A stretch of 64,000 bases of DNA from contig NC_134031.1 of assembly GCF_964204645.1 (NCBI RefSeq), forward strand, positions 5,518,001-5,582,000, read 5' to 3'. Under the pieces are notes generated by a model. The model saw only the letters and a program-made list of their open reading frames with translations. It was not told the DNA's origin and did not search any database. Each line of letters starts with the position of its first letter. Position 1 is the first letter of the stretch. The position numbers were made by a program, and so were the translations under genes. Positions 42,161 to 54,187 of this stretch are shown piece by piece. This stretch comes from Tubulanus polymorphus (lineage: Eukaryota > Animalia > Nemertea).

Positions 42161-44401
42161 ATGGCTAAAATCATCACAGTTTTCGGAGTGACTGGGAACC
42201 AAGGCGGTTCAGTTGCCAGGGCCATGATTACAGACAGCAAATTCAAAGTCCGTACCGCAGTCCGAGATATATCGTTCCCAACGGCTACCGAATTCAAACA
42301 ACTTGGAGCGGAGGTAGGCTAGTGGATCTGGGATTAACCCTTTCCTGGCAAACGAACAGTTAAGAACTATCTCCTCCAATTGTTCGTTTTGCCTTAATCG
42401 TTTTTTTAAATATCAGATATACATTTTCAAGATATTTCTGATTTATTTATAAAGGTGGTTGTAGCTGATTACAATGACATCGACAGCTTACGGAAAGCCT
42501 TGAGCGGAGCTGACGGATGCTTCATCGTGACGAACACAGATTTCACGGATCCCGAGTGTTTACACCAGGAGATACGCGAAGGCAAGAACGTAGCGGACGC
42601 GTGTCGCGCCGAAGGGGTTAAACACATCGCGTTCAGTACCCAGTTATCGGCTCGGGAAAGCGTCGGGACCGAGGCTCGACACATGGACGCTAAAGCGGCC
42701 ATTCACAAATACATGCAGAATCTAGCGCTACCGGTGACCGGAATTGTGGTGCCGTTTTATTACGAAAATCTGCTCGGGTTTTTTAAACCGGAAAGTGTCG
42801 GCGGTAACGAATGGAGATTGAGTAAGTAGTATTCTCACAAAAAAATCGAAATACCGCTACAATATTACTACAATCAAAACTGTCTCAAATGGCTTCATCG
42901 AACACTAATTAAGTATCCACAAAATGGACCAATCACAGGGGCTGATTTAGGGGGTCTAGACCCCTGCTCCGTGTTCCAAAATGTTTTTATAGTGGTATAA
43001 ATCATATTACGATGAAAATAATCACATATTCAACTCTTTATCGATCGCTGTCTGCCAGAAATAACTGTAAAGTAATGCACATATTATTGCAATTTTCTTT
43101 GAAATATGGAAAAAAAAATTGTATCTGGGAAAACGCTGCGCTTGACCCCCTCTGCTCAAATTTCTGGATCCGGCCCTGAATCATTACATGGACATCATTT
43201 AACGAAGGCACGACCATAGTGAGACTGAATTCCAAAAAATCTGGTCATTTGTCACCCAATTTAGTTGGACTAGGCGCCCATGTTTACGACAGCAATAAGT
43301 AGTTAAATGAAATAATTAAAAATCATTCATATTATTTTCTTTTTTATTACAGGGATACCGGCAATCGGACAATCAATATTTGATATAATCAGCGTGAATG
43401 ATGTTGGCGCCATAGTTCACTCCGTGTTCCTCGACCCGCAACAATTCATAAATAAAACCATCCATCCGAGCGGAGACAAGAAAAAAGTGCGAGAAATCGC
43501 TGATATTCTGTCGAAACATCTTCGCCCTAAGCTTATAACGGATGGGCAGGTACGGAAAATGAACCCGTGAATTAGTGAAATGTTTGAGACGTTAATATCA
43601 TTCATTCAGCGGCAGACGACCTCAGGATCTAGACAGGGCCGGCGGAAGCAAGTTGTCATCGGCCCGTCTCATCCGAGCGCCAAGTGCGCTAGCATTCTTT
43701 TTCGGGTGGGGTCTTCCCCCGAGAAAATGGTCATAGAGTGGCTCCTTTTGAATGGATGGATTTCGAAAGCTCTGGGTTTTTCAGGACCATACATATAAAG
43801 TTATGTTCCCGGGTTATGTTGCACAGATTTTTTAATTTCTACGTATCCAATATCAGGTGTTTCTAGATGGAAAATGATAAGATAGAAAAAATAGTCATTC
43901 ACGCACAAATCCAATGAACTCAAAAACATGTATATTCATCTGAGATCGCCAAATGTTTTACAACCACGGATATCCTGATTCAACCATCCGAAAAAGAAAT
44001 CACCATCGACAAACTTATTGGCCCGGCCAAAGTCGTCCCCGGCCACCCCTGCTAAATCGAAGATTTAAGATTGGACACTTTCGTCAAAAATGTTTCTTTT
44101 CTTATCGTATGGGATAGTTTCTTTTCTTACACATCACGGGCAAGATTACAAACATTGTTGTTTCAGTATCATGCCGCCACGCTTTGATGTTTACCATCTT
44201 TTTTTTCAGATGACGTACGCGGAATTCAAAAGCCTGCGACATTTTTCGGGAGCTGCCGATATCGCCAACCAGTTCGATTTCATTTCGAAAAAATTCCAAT
44301 GCGGCGACATGGAATTCACGACCAAGTTGAACCCGGGTGTAAAGAACTTCGAACAATGGGTGATAGCAAATAAAGACGCTCTTCACAGAATCTGCCAATA
44401 A
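42161..44401 (+). CDS. NMRAL1: NmrA-like family domain protein (atypical SDR, NADPH sensor HSCARG-like); exons 42161-42313, 42455-42821, 43353-43549, 44210-44401
   Basis: MAKIITVFGVTGNQGGSVARA Rossmann motif; EIREGKNVADACRAEGVKHIAFS; HMDAKAAI; PFYYENL; ISVNDVGAIV; C-terminal TKLNPGVKNFEQWVIANK. Upstream non-coding exon donor at 41765. Confidence 0.88.
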
Positions 44402-45583
44402 AACAACCGAAGTCTGCATAGTATTTCGCTAAACTGTTGCTCGATGCTTTTGCTAGTAGCTTTAAGTGTGATTGCGCAAGTGCGTGTCTTTTTATCAATC
44501 GGAATTTGTAGACATTTAAATTGAATTTTGTTGCACCAAATTCGATGAGATAATTGCCAATTTGAAGCCGATGATCTCAGGCAAGTACTGTATGATATAA
44601 TAGACGCTGATATGTAACGACTGTAAGATATATCTCATGAGCGCCTTCGCTTTTTGAACGGTGCTTTAGTTTTTAAGTCGAATTCCGATTTCGGTATATA
44701 TCAGTTAGATTTTAGTAGTGGATCATTCGTAAGGTATACGAGGCTTGTTTTAGGCCAATGAGGCTTATTCTGATCCACTGAAGTCGAGTTTTTGGTATAA
44801 TTCTCTTTAGCACAGTATATTGTTGCGCGTTTGTGACGTATGTCGCGCTGAATACAAATCCAACGATATTCAAGGCTATCACCTATCTTACTTTCGCATT
44901 TGTTCAAATTAACGAGCTTAGTGTAGAATCGTGCAAAATTGATTTGTGGATTTGCGTAAAAAAATCTAATTTTTTTTGTGAAATCTATTTTGTCATCGTT
45001 TGGTAGATATTTGCAAAGTGCAATGATCCGAGTGTTTTGTACTTGTCTAATTTTCTATTTCAAACTATTGGTTCCCGTATTAATCAAATTTGTAATCAAT
45101 AGGAAATTGAGAAGCGATTGAACAACGCAATAAAGCACCGGAGTCGGTCGTTTTATAGGAAATGATGGATAGATCGAGGGCAGGTGTCACACATCCCCCG
45201 ATTCTGTTCCGGTATGGGCTCTTAACGATGATCGTCATATTCTATGTGTATTTATTAGATAAATTATTCATGAATTACTCACACGTCGTTATTTTTATTC
45301 GTCAGGATGGATGATGTGTTTCGGAGGCGCGTTTGCGTCATCCTAAGACCTCGTCTAGTTATTACTCAGGAGTCGGATTTTTAAAGCGGTTTTTCACTTG
45401 AGTCCACGGGTTAATTCAACATTAAACCTAGACCGTTTTTGATCTTAGAATACGGATTGACCTTATATTTATTTGATTGGCAGATTTGGGTTGATTCGTT
45501 TCGATTTGGTGTCCCTGTTAGCTTTCGTACAAACTCTCTATACGTACCGGGAACGAAACAGGGGTTAAACCTAGACCTTTTAT

Positions 45584-45784
45584 GGCTGCAGTATGGCGGC
45601 TGATAAGGACCATAGCGGAATCCCTGGTGTGCAAATGAAGGCACCAGAACGCCAGAACGCCAAAACGAAAAAAAAATTTTTTTTAGAGAAGATTTGACGT
45701 TTTTTTCGCTTTGGCGTTCTGGCGCCCTCATTTGCATACCAGGGATTTTACGTTGTGGCCCTTATCAGCCACCATACTGCAGTC
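45584..45784. mobile_element. Fold-back MITE with ~90-bp imperfect TIRs
   Basis: GGCTGCAGTATGGCGGCTGATAAGG...CCCTGGTGTGCAAATGA / TCATTTGCATACCAGGG...CCTTATCAGCCACCATACTGCAGTC. Confidence 0.7.
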
Positions 45785-47940
45785 GTGGGCTTTATTCAAA
45801 TGATGAAAAAATTGATTTCTGAGTCATTGATTTCTGGGATATACGTAATGTATATTCACACACCAGGGTAAATGTGGGCCTATCACTATTGTTCTCTTTA
45901 ATCTATCTTATTGGTGTGGCCGAAACCAAAAAGTAAGTTACACCAGTGTGCACCCTCAATGGGGTACCCACAGTACTACTGTGACAATCGAGGATTCCAC
46001 GTATGGCAGGCGAGGATCCGCCAGGTTCGCTAGTAGATCGTCGTTCGTCCGCTTTCGATTTCTTCTACATTTCCATTAAATCTAAGTGGCTTTTTCTCTT
46101 AAATGAATCAATCGTTTATGAAAACTATACCGATATCCGAGTAGAAGAATTGAAGTATTGTATATTTGGTGGGTGCAGTGATAATATATGGACCCGGGAG
46201 TCTAAAAACCCAGTTCTAAGTTCATCGAAAATGAATTCATTTTGACAACGGACGACCTCTGCTCGTCACGCCATCTGATGAGATAGCTGGTCTTGCGGGT
46301 TCCCCTTTGATGTAATAACATTTTCTATTTCAATTTATATGTTTTCATGATTTGTGTATCTTGTTATAATTTCTTTGTAAATAAAGATATAGTCTCTAAA
46401 TGCATTTGCCGCAACTGTCTACTAATGTTGTTTGCGGTTTGTAATCGATTTTATTCATCTCACGTACGTCACGGCGATGGAACACTCGCGGTCGGGATGA
46501 TGATGGATGGATAACTGTTATAGAATCCTGACTCCGACATAAATCCGTCTGTTCAGAACGGAAGGTACGCCTGATCGAACAGCCAATAAAGAAGACGTGG
46601 TCGAGATACTAGATACGAAAAGCTCGCAATCACAGCCAACTGTTGCATATACAAACAACATTTACGCTTTTCGATCTGCATCCAGCTATATCGGGTTCTT
46701 GGGCTTAATGCGATATTCTTTGACAACAAACTGTAGGCTGTCCCATCGTAAAGGGCCAGTCGATGTAGACTACGTATAATTCAACCGACGGCACATTCGA
46801 ACATCTGGTGCTGTTTGTCGCGCTATTTCAAGTTAGGAAATGCAGGAGCGTTAACCATTGCAAATGAACTAATTCAAACCATTTTTAATATTGTATATAT
46901 TCGAATAAACTTTAATTAATTCATAGTAACATTCACGGATCGAAACATATTGCATTCCGACCGGAATTCGAACCAGTTAGAACCGCAAGACTGCGCCACA
47001 CGTCACACAAGCTCATACCGTGACAGTTGTCGATTTTAGCATCGGGTTCGATTCCTCGCCGAAGGGGGGAATTGGCATTTTACCAAACACACATGTTACC
47101 ACAGCCTTTAGAGAAGAAATGTTTTGTGAGAAGAGTAATAGGTATTGATCGACGAATGACATGCGTTAATATACAATTGAATGTAGATCTTGGGTAGAGA
47201 GCTCAAATAGTTGAAAAACCATAGAGGCAAAAACAGTACAAATCTCATTTTTCTAATGAGTATATATATCTACTATGGCAAATGTTTTCGGCAGTCACGA
47301 CAATCACGGCAATTTGACAGATGTTGGCCGATTGCTGAAGTCTTTAGTTCATGCCCCTTCACTCTTGTTGCCAGATGTGTTTTGGTTTTATCTATAGCCG
47401 GTGTTTATATGACATAAACAAGTGTATAGACAACCATGTAGCTTTCAAGGATTTAGGAGTCTGACACTTAAGCTAGAAGAAATTCTTAATCTTAGTGTTT
47501 ACGAACGAGCATTGAAGGTCTATTTCGAAATTCGATTTGAATAGTTCTTTTAATTTTATAAGGAATATGTATACTCATTAGAAAATGAGATTTGTACATT
47601 TAAATTTCCCATATGAAATGCGAACCTCTTATCCCTCATTATTTCTGCATGAATCTAAATTTACAATTTCAGCCGTCAATTTAATCCAGATGGAATTAAT
47701 ACTATCATTTAATTTTTGTCGACTTGAAGATGTACGTCAAACCTAACCCTACGCAGCCTTCTGTATCATCTTTAGCCTGTTGTGTCAGCTTTTCAATTAT
47801 GTTACGTATTGTAGGCCTATTAACTTGTTCCGAGCAAAATATTATCATTTTTCTATGGAACAATATATGATCTGAACTTTTCGTCAAAATACAATAATCG
47901 TTTGTCATCATTGGTTTTTTCTAATTCGCTTGATAAGCTT

Positions 47941-48915
47941 CTATCCGGTTTTAATACGTTCCATCGTAAACGGATCTGTTATCGATTCAGAGCTTTCGTA
48001 CACGCCTCGCGCGTCGAGTTCCACGTTCTCGAGTACTCGCGTTTCGACCATCATTTCACCTGAGAAACTTCTGCGAACGAACGGAATGAAATCTTTCAAC
48101 TGGACGCAAGGCGTCGACTCCTGAGTTAATTTAACCCGAAACTTTCGACTATAAGTCAACGAAAAACAGTTTCGTAGATTATCGCCGAATTCGTTTTGTA
48201 GGATGGCTAGAGAATTACGCGGTGCGTTGTAGTATTTATCCCCTAGAGGTCGCTGGTGGCTGGGCATGAGATCCTTCAATTCGTGAATTATTTTTGCTTC
48301 ATCTGCGTTGACAACTGTCCAAACATGCGTGACATTTTTGTCGTAAAATGTCACCTCCAGATACGGCCATGTACATTCAGTAGTAAGCCTAATAAACTGT
48401 ACATTATTTGGCGCCCTACAAAACCGAATGCGGGTACCTACAACAACTGCTAGTCTTTTCGCGACGTTTCGTAACGCTTTTAACAATTCAGATTTGTAGG
48501 CGATGTCCACTAAAATCTCAATGCCATCTGCCCACGGTAGAATATCATGATGCCTCCACGAACCCAGTAAAGTCCACGAATGCATCACCCACGGTATTCC
48601 AGCACGTTCGGCGAGAAACGAAAATTCGTCTAATTTGGATTTCGTCGACCAGAGTTCTTTGTGCGTAAAATACGTACGCTTCAGAATATTCGGTAGTTCA
48701 TTATGGATGGTTTTGATGACGGGTCGACGTTTTACAGTATCGGGTTTGCGAGGCTGGAATACCGGTACCAGGAGTGCACCGGACAAGTCGTTACGTTCCG
48801 ATTCCGCTGATTCTTCATGAATTGATCCGTACGTCCGGAAGACGATATAGACGATCAATGCGCATAAACTCCATTTTACGACTGCTTTCACTTTCCTGAT
48901 TTTCTTGATCAACAT
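47941..48915 (-). CDS. LicD/fukutin-FKRP family nucleotidyltransferase-fold protein, type II membrane (copy A)
   Basis: N-terminal basic stretch + TM helix; TLLGSWRHHDILPW resembles LicD GTLLGAxRHxGFIPW; WPYLEVTFY and RPLG...NAPRN...L...FG are typical of invertebrate LicD-domain proteins; single coding exon. Confidence 0.82.
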   Translation of the reverse strand: MLIKKIRKVKAVVKWSLCALIVYIVFRTYGSIHEESAESERNDLSGALLVPVFQPRKPDTVKRRPVIKTIHNELPNILKRTYFTHKELWSTKSKLDEFSFLAERAGIPWVMHSWTLLGSWRHHDILPWADGIEILVDIAYKSELLKALRNVAKRLAVVVGTRIRFCRAPNNVQFIRLTTECTWPYLEVTFYDKNVTHVWTVVNADEAKIIHELKDLMPSHQRPLGDKYYNAPRNSLAILQNEFGDNLRNCFSLTYSRKFRVKLTQESTPCVQLKDFIPFVRRSFSGEMMVETRVLENVELDARGVYESSESITDPFTMERIKTG

Positions 48916-50592
48916 TCCGATAGTGTTTTTCCTAAAACGGAAAGTCGATGCACGGTTGAATTTGATTTAACTAACGAATCGAGTCGTACAGTTATTAGTT
49001 GAATTCGAACCCCGGTTTCGCTCCCGGGCAGGTGTAAGGGTCACACCAAATACAAATACAAATACAAATACATATCAAATCAGATCAAATCGAGTAGATA
49101 AGAGGAAAACTCGTCCCTATTTCGGGATCAAAATTTTATTCGAAACATCAACTCGATTTATATATGAATAAGAGCGGGTCCGCCGTTATTAAAGATACAT
49201 AGTAGGTAATAGTAGATACATAGAAATGCATAGTATAATATATAGTGAGATCATTACATCGTTTAATGCATTTATATGCATACGACATAATATACCTATA
49301 TATACATAATCATTATCTACAGAATGAAAGAATGAATAAAAAATAATGAATAAAAGAATGAAAGAATGAATAAATCAGCGGTGATGAAAAATTCTCGCAT
49401 TACTTACACACACTGCAAATGAAGGTGTTTTATTCCGCGTACGGAGGCTTCAAATGCGAAATCAACCAAGAGAAACGCGTTTATGAGGAAATTAAGGGTA
49501 TATGCAGCTGTTGTTACTTATGAAAAAGTCACAATATATGTTACTTGTGAAAGAAACAATATATGTTGGAGACACGTGTTCTGCTGTTTGAAAGGCTTGA
49601 TGAGGGCTTGGATGAACCATCCCCTGTTTCAAGCCTTCCGTTTTGTATGTTGTCTAAGATTTGCAATCACAGAAAACTAAGCATCGGGCCGGCAACTGAT
49701 CAGATCATTTGCTTATAGGCGACTGAGATGTGAAAACCATAGCAAATATTCTAAAAGGCAAAAGTCTCGGTTCTTTTGCTTTGCTTTAGTAAGGTGCGCC
49801 ATGTGTTGTTGACTAATGGCGGATATCACCCTAACCTTGGAGTAATCAGACTGAATTCCTCCGAGCCCTAACTAACAAGCGTCGCTCGTAGCCGCAACCG
49901 AGTTTAACTATGTATTCTCAAACAATGGACTCATTCGCGAAGTCCATGATTTAATCATAGCATCCTCGCTGGAGCATGCATGTACGACGCTCAAAAGAAG
50001 TACAGGAGCAGCTTGAGCAACTCACTGGCCGGAGCTGGAAATGTTGATGGTCGCGATGGTCAAAACCTGAATTCTGTAGCTATTCCACAAAGAATAAAAA
50101 CACAACAAATGAATTTCAGGGCCCAGTTTCACGAAAAGGTTTAAGCCTAAAATGGTTTAGTTTGAATTGTTTGTCCTCATTGAAAACATGAAGTAACCCA
50201 TGGCAATTACACCAAAAATTTAGTTTAACTTTAGTTGTGAAACTGGGTCCTCAATAGTTTTGGCCGGGTTTGTCTCTGGTTTTAGTTTGGAGCGTTTAAC
50301 TATGGTTTGAATGTTGGTTTGGTATTTACAGTTAACTCGGCTCGGCTGAGCTCGTAATTTTGGGGACCGGTGATTTCTGAGACCTGCCCCTGAGAATCTC
50401 CTCTGCCAGGATGCGACCTCGATTGAAACTCGATACCGACATTTGGCATGCGCGGTTATCTGAGACACTATCAAAATATCAATATCAATATCAATAGCCC
50501 TGTTTTGTTGACCAAAGAGCTCATCGTTGCTGAAGTTGCTATCATTTCTATAAGAAACCAAGTAATTATCTCTACACGATTTAACCTGGTTC

Positions 50593-51163
50593 TGTAAGGG
50601 TTTTTATGTGTATGGGAAAAGATAGTGTGAGCGCGATAGCGCACACTAGATGTGTGCTGGTGCGCACACTGACTGCAATGGCTCGGGTTACAAGGAGGGA
50701 ATATGTTGATAAGAAAGAGCAGCATTTAGCAACTATATTTAATATGTAAGGACTTTTAAGGGATGATTAGTGTAGTAAAGGAGGCAGTAGAATGGAAGTA
50801 GCCAGGATTGTTAATACCAAATAGGGTAAGGATAGAAGCGGGTGAGGTTATGGTATAGGAATGTAAAGAATGTACCAAATAGTATATAAGTCTAAGGTTT
50901 TTGGTTCAGGGAGAGTACAAAAGAGAGTACATGAGAAAGAGAGAGAGTACTAAAAGACAATTGGAGAGATAAAGCTGAAGTGTAAGCAGTAGAGAGAAAA
51001 TAAAGAAAAGCTTGATCATACCAGATAGAAGTGTTAGTAGTTAATATCTACATAAGGAAGAGGCAGGTCAGCAAAAGGAACCAGTTAGTGAGAAGAACGA
51101 GGTGACATAACAGTGGTGGAGGTGGTATCCCATTACAATAGTGGAAATCGTAGTACCGTTACA
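50593..51163 (+). mobile_element. Solo LTR (Ty3/Gypsy-like), 571 bp
   Basis: TGTAAGGG...CCGTTACA termini (TG..CA, short inverted ends), exact 4-bp TSD GTTC on both sides, internal TATATAA (~50884) and AATAAA (~50999). Confidence 0.8.
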
Positions 51164-51551
51164 GTTCCCACTTGTTATAAAACTTTGCGTTTCAATTATT
51201 TGTAAATCAATTTTTTTTCAGTCAATCCCCAGTGCTCTTAAATTTATGACATTATGGCTCTTGAAAGTGAAACTCTGCCAGAAATGGAAATGATCTGCAT
51301 GGTCAAAATGGTACAACACATTAAAGACAGATAAACACTAGGTTGAAAATGGTTGGCTTTCTAATAGTATTTAGCCCCAATTTCTGACTGCTAGAGTTTT
51401 GTAAATACGATACTGATTGTTCTCATTGTATGGTTTTTTTGCAGCATGAAATTTGTCCAATAGAACAGTTTGAAAGTTGATCAAAGATTGAATAATGTTT
51501 GATTATTTGGTGTTCTATACGGTAACTACAAAACTCTTATGAAATTCCCAC

Positions 51552-51767
51552 TTTCGTTTCTGCGCGGTAAAATTCGTTTCTTCGCGGCGAGGAAACGGGC
51601 GAAGAAACGAAGTTCGTTTCGGCGGGTCGCCGAAACGAGAAATCACCGCGAAGAAACGCGCAGAAACGGGCGCAGAAACGAAGGTTCGTTTCTGCGCCTG
51701 TTTTGGCGCGTTTCTGCGCGGTAAATTTCGTTTCTGCGGCGCGCAGAAACGGACGCAGAAACGAAGC
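51552..51767. repeat. GC-rich array of direct and inverted TTCGTTTCTGCGCG / CGCAGAAACG units
   Basis: About 14 copies of the (T)CGTTTC/GAAACG core in alternating orientations forming nested palindromes. Confidence 0.8.
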
Positions 51768-52802
51768 TATATATTTTTATATTGCACGGATTTTTTTTTT
51801 AAACTTGGCCCGAATCAGCCACCATAAACGACAGGTAGGCAACGATCTCCAGTTATATTACGGCCATGCTCATATGCGGTTCTCTTTTGAGCAACTAAAG
51901 CTGTACGTCATCTAGGGAGGATGTTAGTTATATGCTTGGTTGCGGCTACGAGCCAAGCTCGTAAGTAACTGTGATATCCGCCAATGTGCGCGCTCCATTG
52001 ATCAACAACACATGGCGCAACTTACTAAAACAAAGCAAAATGACCGTGACTTTGGGATGCTTGCTAGACGAATATTTTCTATAGATAACACATCTCAGTA
52101 GCCTCACTAAAGTCTATCCCAGTTATGACCGCGGCATTTCACTCTCAAAGAGCCAGTATCAACAACAATTTAATCTAGCAAATGTTCTCATCAGTTGCTG
52201 GTCCAGTGTACGCATAGCTCTCTGTTATTGAAAATCTTTCACGCCGTACAAAACGGAACTCATCGAAACGGGGGGGGGGGGGTGGTTCATCCAAGCCTTC
52301 GTCCAGCTTCAAGCAGGGAAACATATGCCTCCAACAAATATGTATCGTTCATTCGGTAACGGCTGAATCGCCACAGATTTCCCCCATTAATACGTGTCAC
52401 TTGTTCATATCAACTTCACATTAAGTAGTGTCCGTACGCGGAATAGAATACCACAATTTGCGGTATATTTACGTAAGTAAATGGGTGGATTTTTAATCGC
52501 CGCTGGTTTTTATTATTCATTCTTGCATTCATTTTGAATAATTGCATTAAAATAATGATTATGTATATAGGTACATTATATCGTGTGAACTCATTAAACG
52601 ATGTAATGATTTCGCTATTATCTTTCATAATCGGCGGAATGGAAACTCAGATCCGCTGTTTCTCAATATTTAGATAGAAATGATATTTTGAAAGTGAAAT
52701 AATTCGTGAAGAAAAAAATATCTTTTTTTCCTCGTATCTACTTGCCTTAATTTGATTTGATTCTTATTTGGTGTGTCCCTTATAAGCGAAATCTGGGTTT
52801 AA

Positions 52803-53128
52803 CCCATCCTCGCTTGGCAGAGTTTGATTACCGCCTGCCGAAACCACTCCAACACAAACCCTGGCCGCAAACGCTTCATTGGTCTATTACATTGCCCAAG
52901 ATTTTTCGGGTTGCCGCTAGGCGGCCATCAGTCTATGAATTAAGGCAATCGGATGAGTGTTTTTCACCGGCAGATTCGCTACGCATCTGATTGGCTGGAT
53001 ATATAGACTGGTAGTCCCTTGGCGGCAACCTGTACGCCCAAGAAATCGTGGGTAGTGTAATATACCAATGGTTTGTATTGGCGTGAGTTTCGGCGAGCGA
53101 TAATCGAGCCCTGGCAAGCAAGGATGGG
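52803..53128. mobile_element. piggyBac-like MITE (second family) in the 5'UTR intron of LicD copy B
   Basis: TTAA|CCCATCCTCGCTTGGCAG ... CTGGCAAGCAAGGATGGG|TTTAA; absent at the homologous site of copy A. Confidence 0.7.
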
Positions 53129-53212
53129 TTTAACCGATAAGTGAACTCGATTCGTAGTTAAATGAAACTCAACCGAGCATCAACTTCCCGTTTCAGGAGA
53201 AACACTATCGGA

Positions 53213-54187
53213 ATGTTGATTAGGGAAATCAGGAACGTGAAAACTGTCGTAAAATGGAGTTTATGCGCATTGGTCGTCTATATCGTCTTCCGGACGTACG
53301 AACCAATTCACGAAGAATCCGCCGAATCGGAACGTAACGACTTGTCCGGTGCACTCCTGATACCGGTATTCCAGCCTCGCAAACCCGATACTGTAAAACG
53401 TCGACCCGTCATCAAAACCATCCATAATGAACTACCGAATATCCTGAAGCATTCGTATTTTACGCACAAAGAACTCTGGTCGACGAAATCCAAATTAGAC
53501 GAATTTTCGTTTCTCGCCGAACGTGCTGGAATACCGTGGGTGATGCATTCGTGGACTTTACTGGGTTCGTGGAGGCATCATGATATTCTACCGTGGGCAG
53601 ATGGCATTGAGATTTTAGTGGACATCGCCTACAAATCCGAATTATTAAAAGCGTTACAAAACGTCGCGAAAAGACTAGCGGTTGTTGTAGGTACCCGCAT
53701 TCGGTTTTGCAGGGCGCCAAATAATGTACAGTTTATCTGGCTTACTACTGAATGTACATGGCCGTATCTGGAGGTGACATTTTACGACAAAAATGTCACG
53801 CATGTTTGGACAGTTGTCAACGCAGATGAAGCAAAAATAATTCATGAATTGAAGGATCTCATGCCCAGCCACCAGCGACCTCTAGGGGAAAAATACTACA
53901 ATGCACCGCGTAATTCTCTAGCGATCCTACAAAACGAATTCGGCGATAATTTACGAAACTGTTTTTCGTTGACTTATAGTCGAAAGTTTCGGGTTAAATT
54001 AACTCAGGAGTCGACGCCTTGCGTCCAGTTGAAAGATTTCATTCCGTTCGTTCGCAGAAATTTCTCAGGTGAAATGATGGTCGAAACGCGAGTACTCGAG
54101 AACGTGGAACTCGACGCGCGAGGCGTGTACGAAACCTCTGAATCGATAACAGATCCGTTTACGATGGAACGTATTACAACCAGATAG
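53213..54187 (+). CDS. LicD/fukutin-FKRP family nucleotidyltransferase-fold protein, type II membrane (copy B)
   Basis: About 17 substitutions in 324 aa relative to copy A. Start placed at 53213 because the ATG at 53162 is ATC in copy A and lies upstream of a conserved acceptor (TTTCAG|GA, 53196). Confidence 0.82.
   Translation: MLIREIRNVKTVVKWSLCALVVYIVFRTYEPIHEESAESERNDLSGALLIPVFQPRKPDTVKRRPVIKTIHNELPNILKHSYFTHKELWSTKSKLDEFSFLAERAGIPWVMHSWTLLGSWRHHDILPWADGIEILVDIAYKSELLKALQNVAKRLAVVVGTRIRFCRAPNNVQFIWLTTECTWPYLEVTFYDKNVTHVWTVVNADEAKIIHELKDLMPSHQRPLGEKYYNAPRNSLAILQNEFGDNLRNCFSLTYSRKFRVKLTQESTPCVQLKDFIPFVRRNFSGEMMVETRVLENVELDARGVYETSESITDPFTMERITTR

Noticed and set aside
46275-46315. CTGATGAG as a hammerhead core
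   Set aside because: No stem II closed by GAAA; looks like a LINE/SINE 3' UTR.
47035-47070. tRNA-like GGTTCGATTCC
   Set aside because: Isolated B-box with no D-arm or acceptor stem; at most a tRNA/SINE fragment.
53162-53212. Longer N-terminus of LicD copy B
   Set aside because: The ATG is ATC in copy A and falls in the conserved 5'UTR intron.
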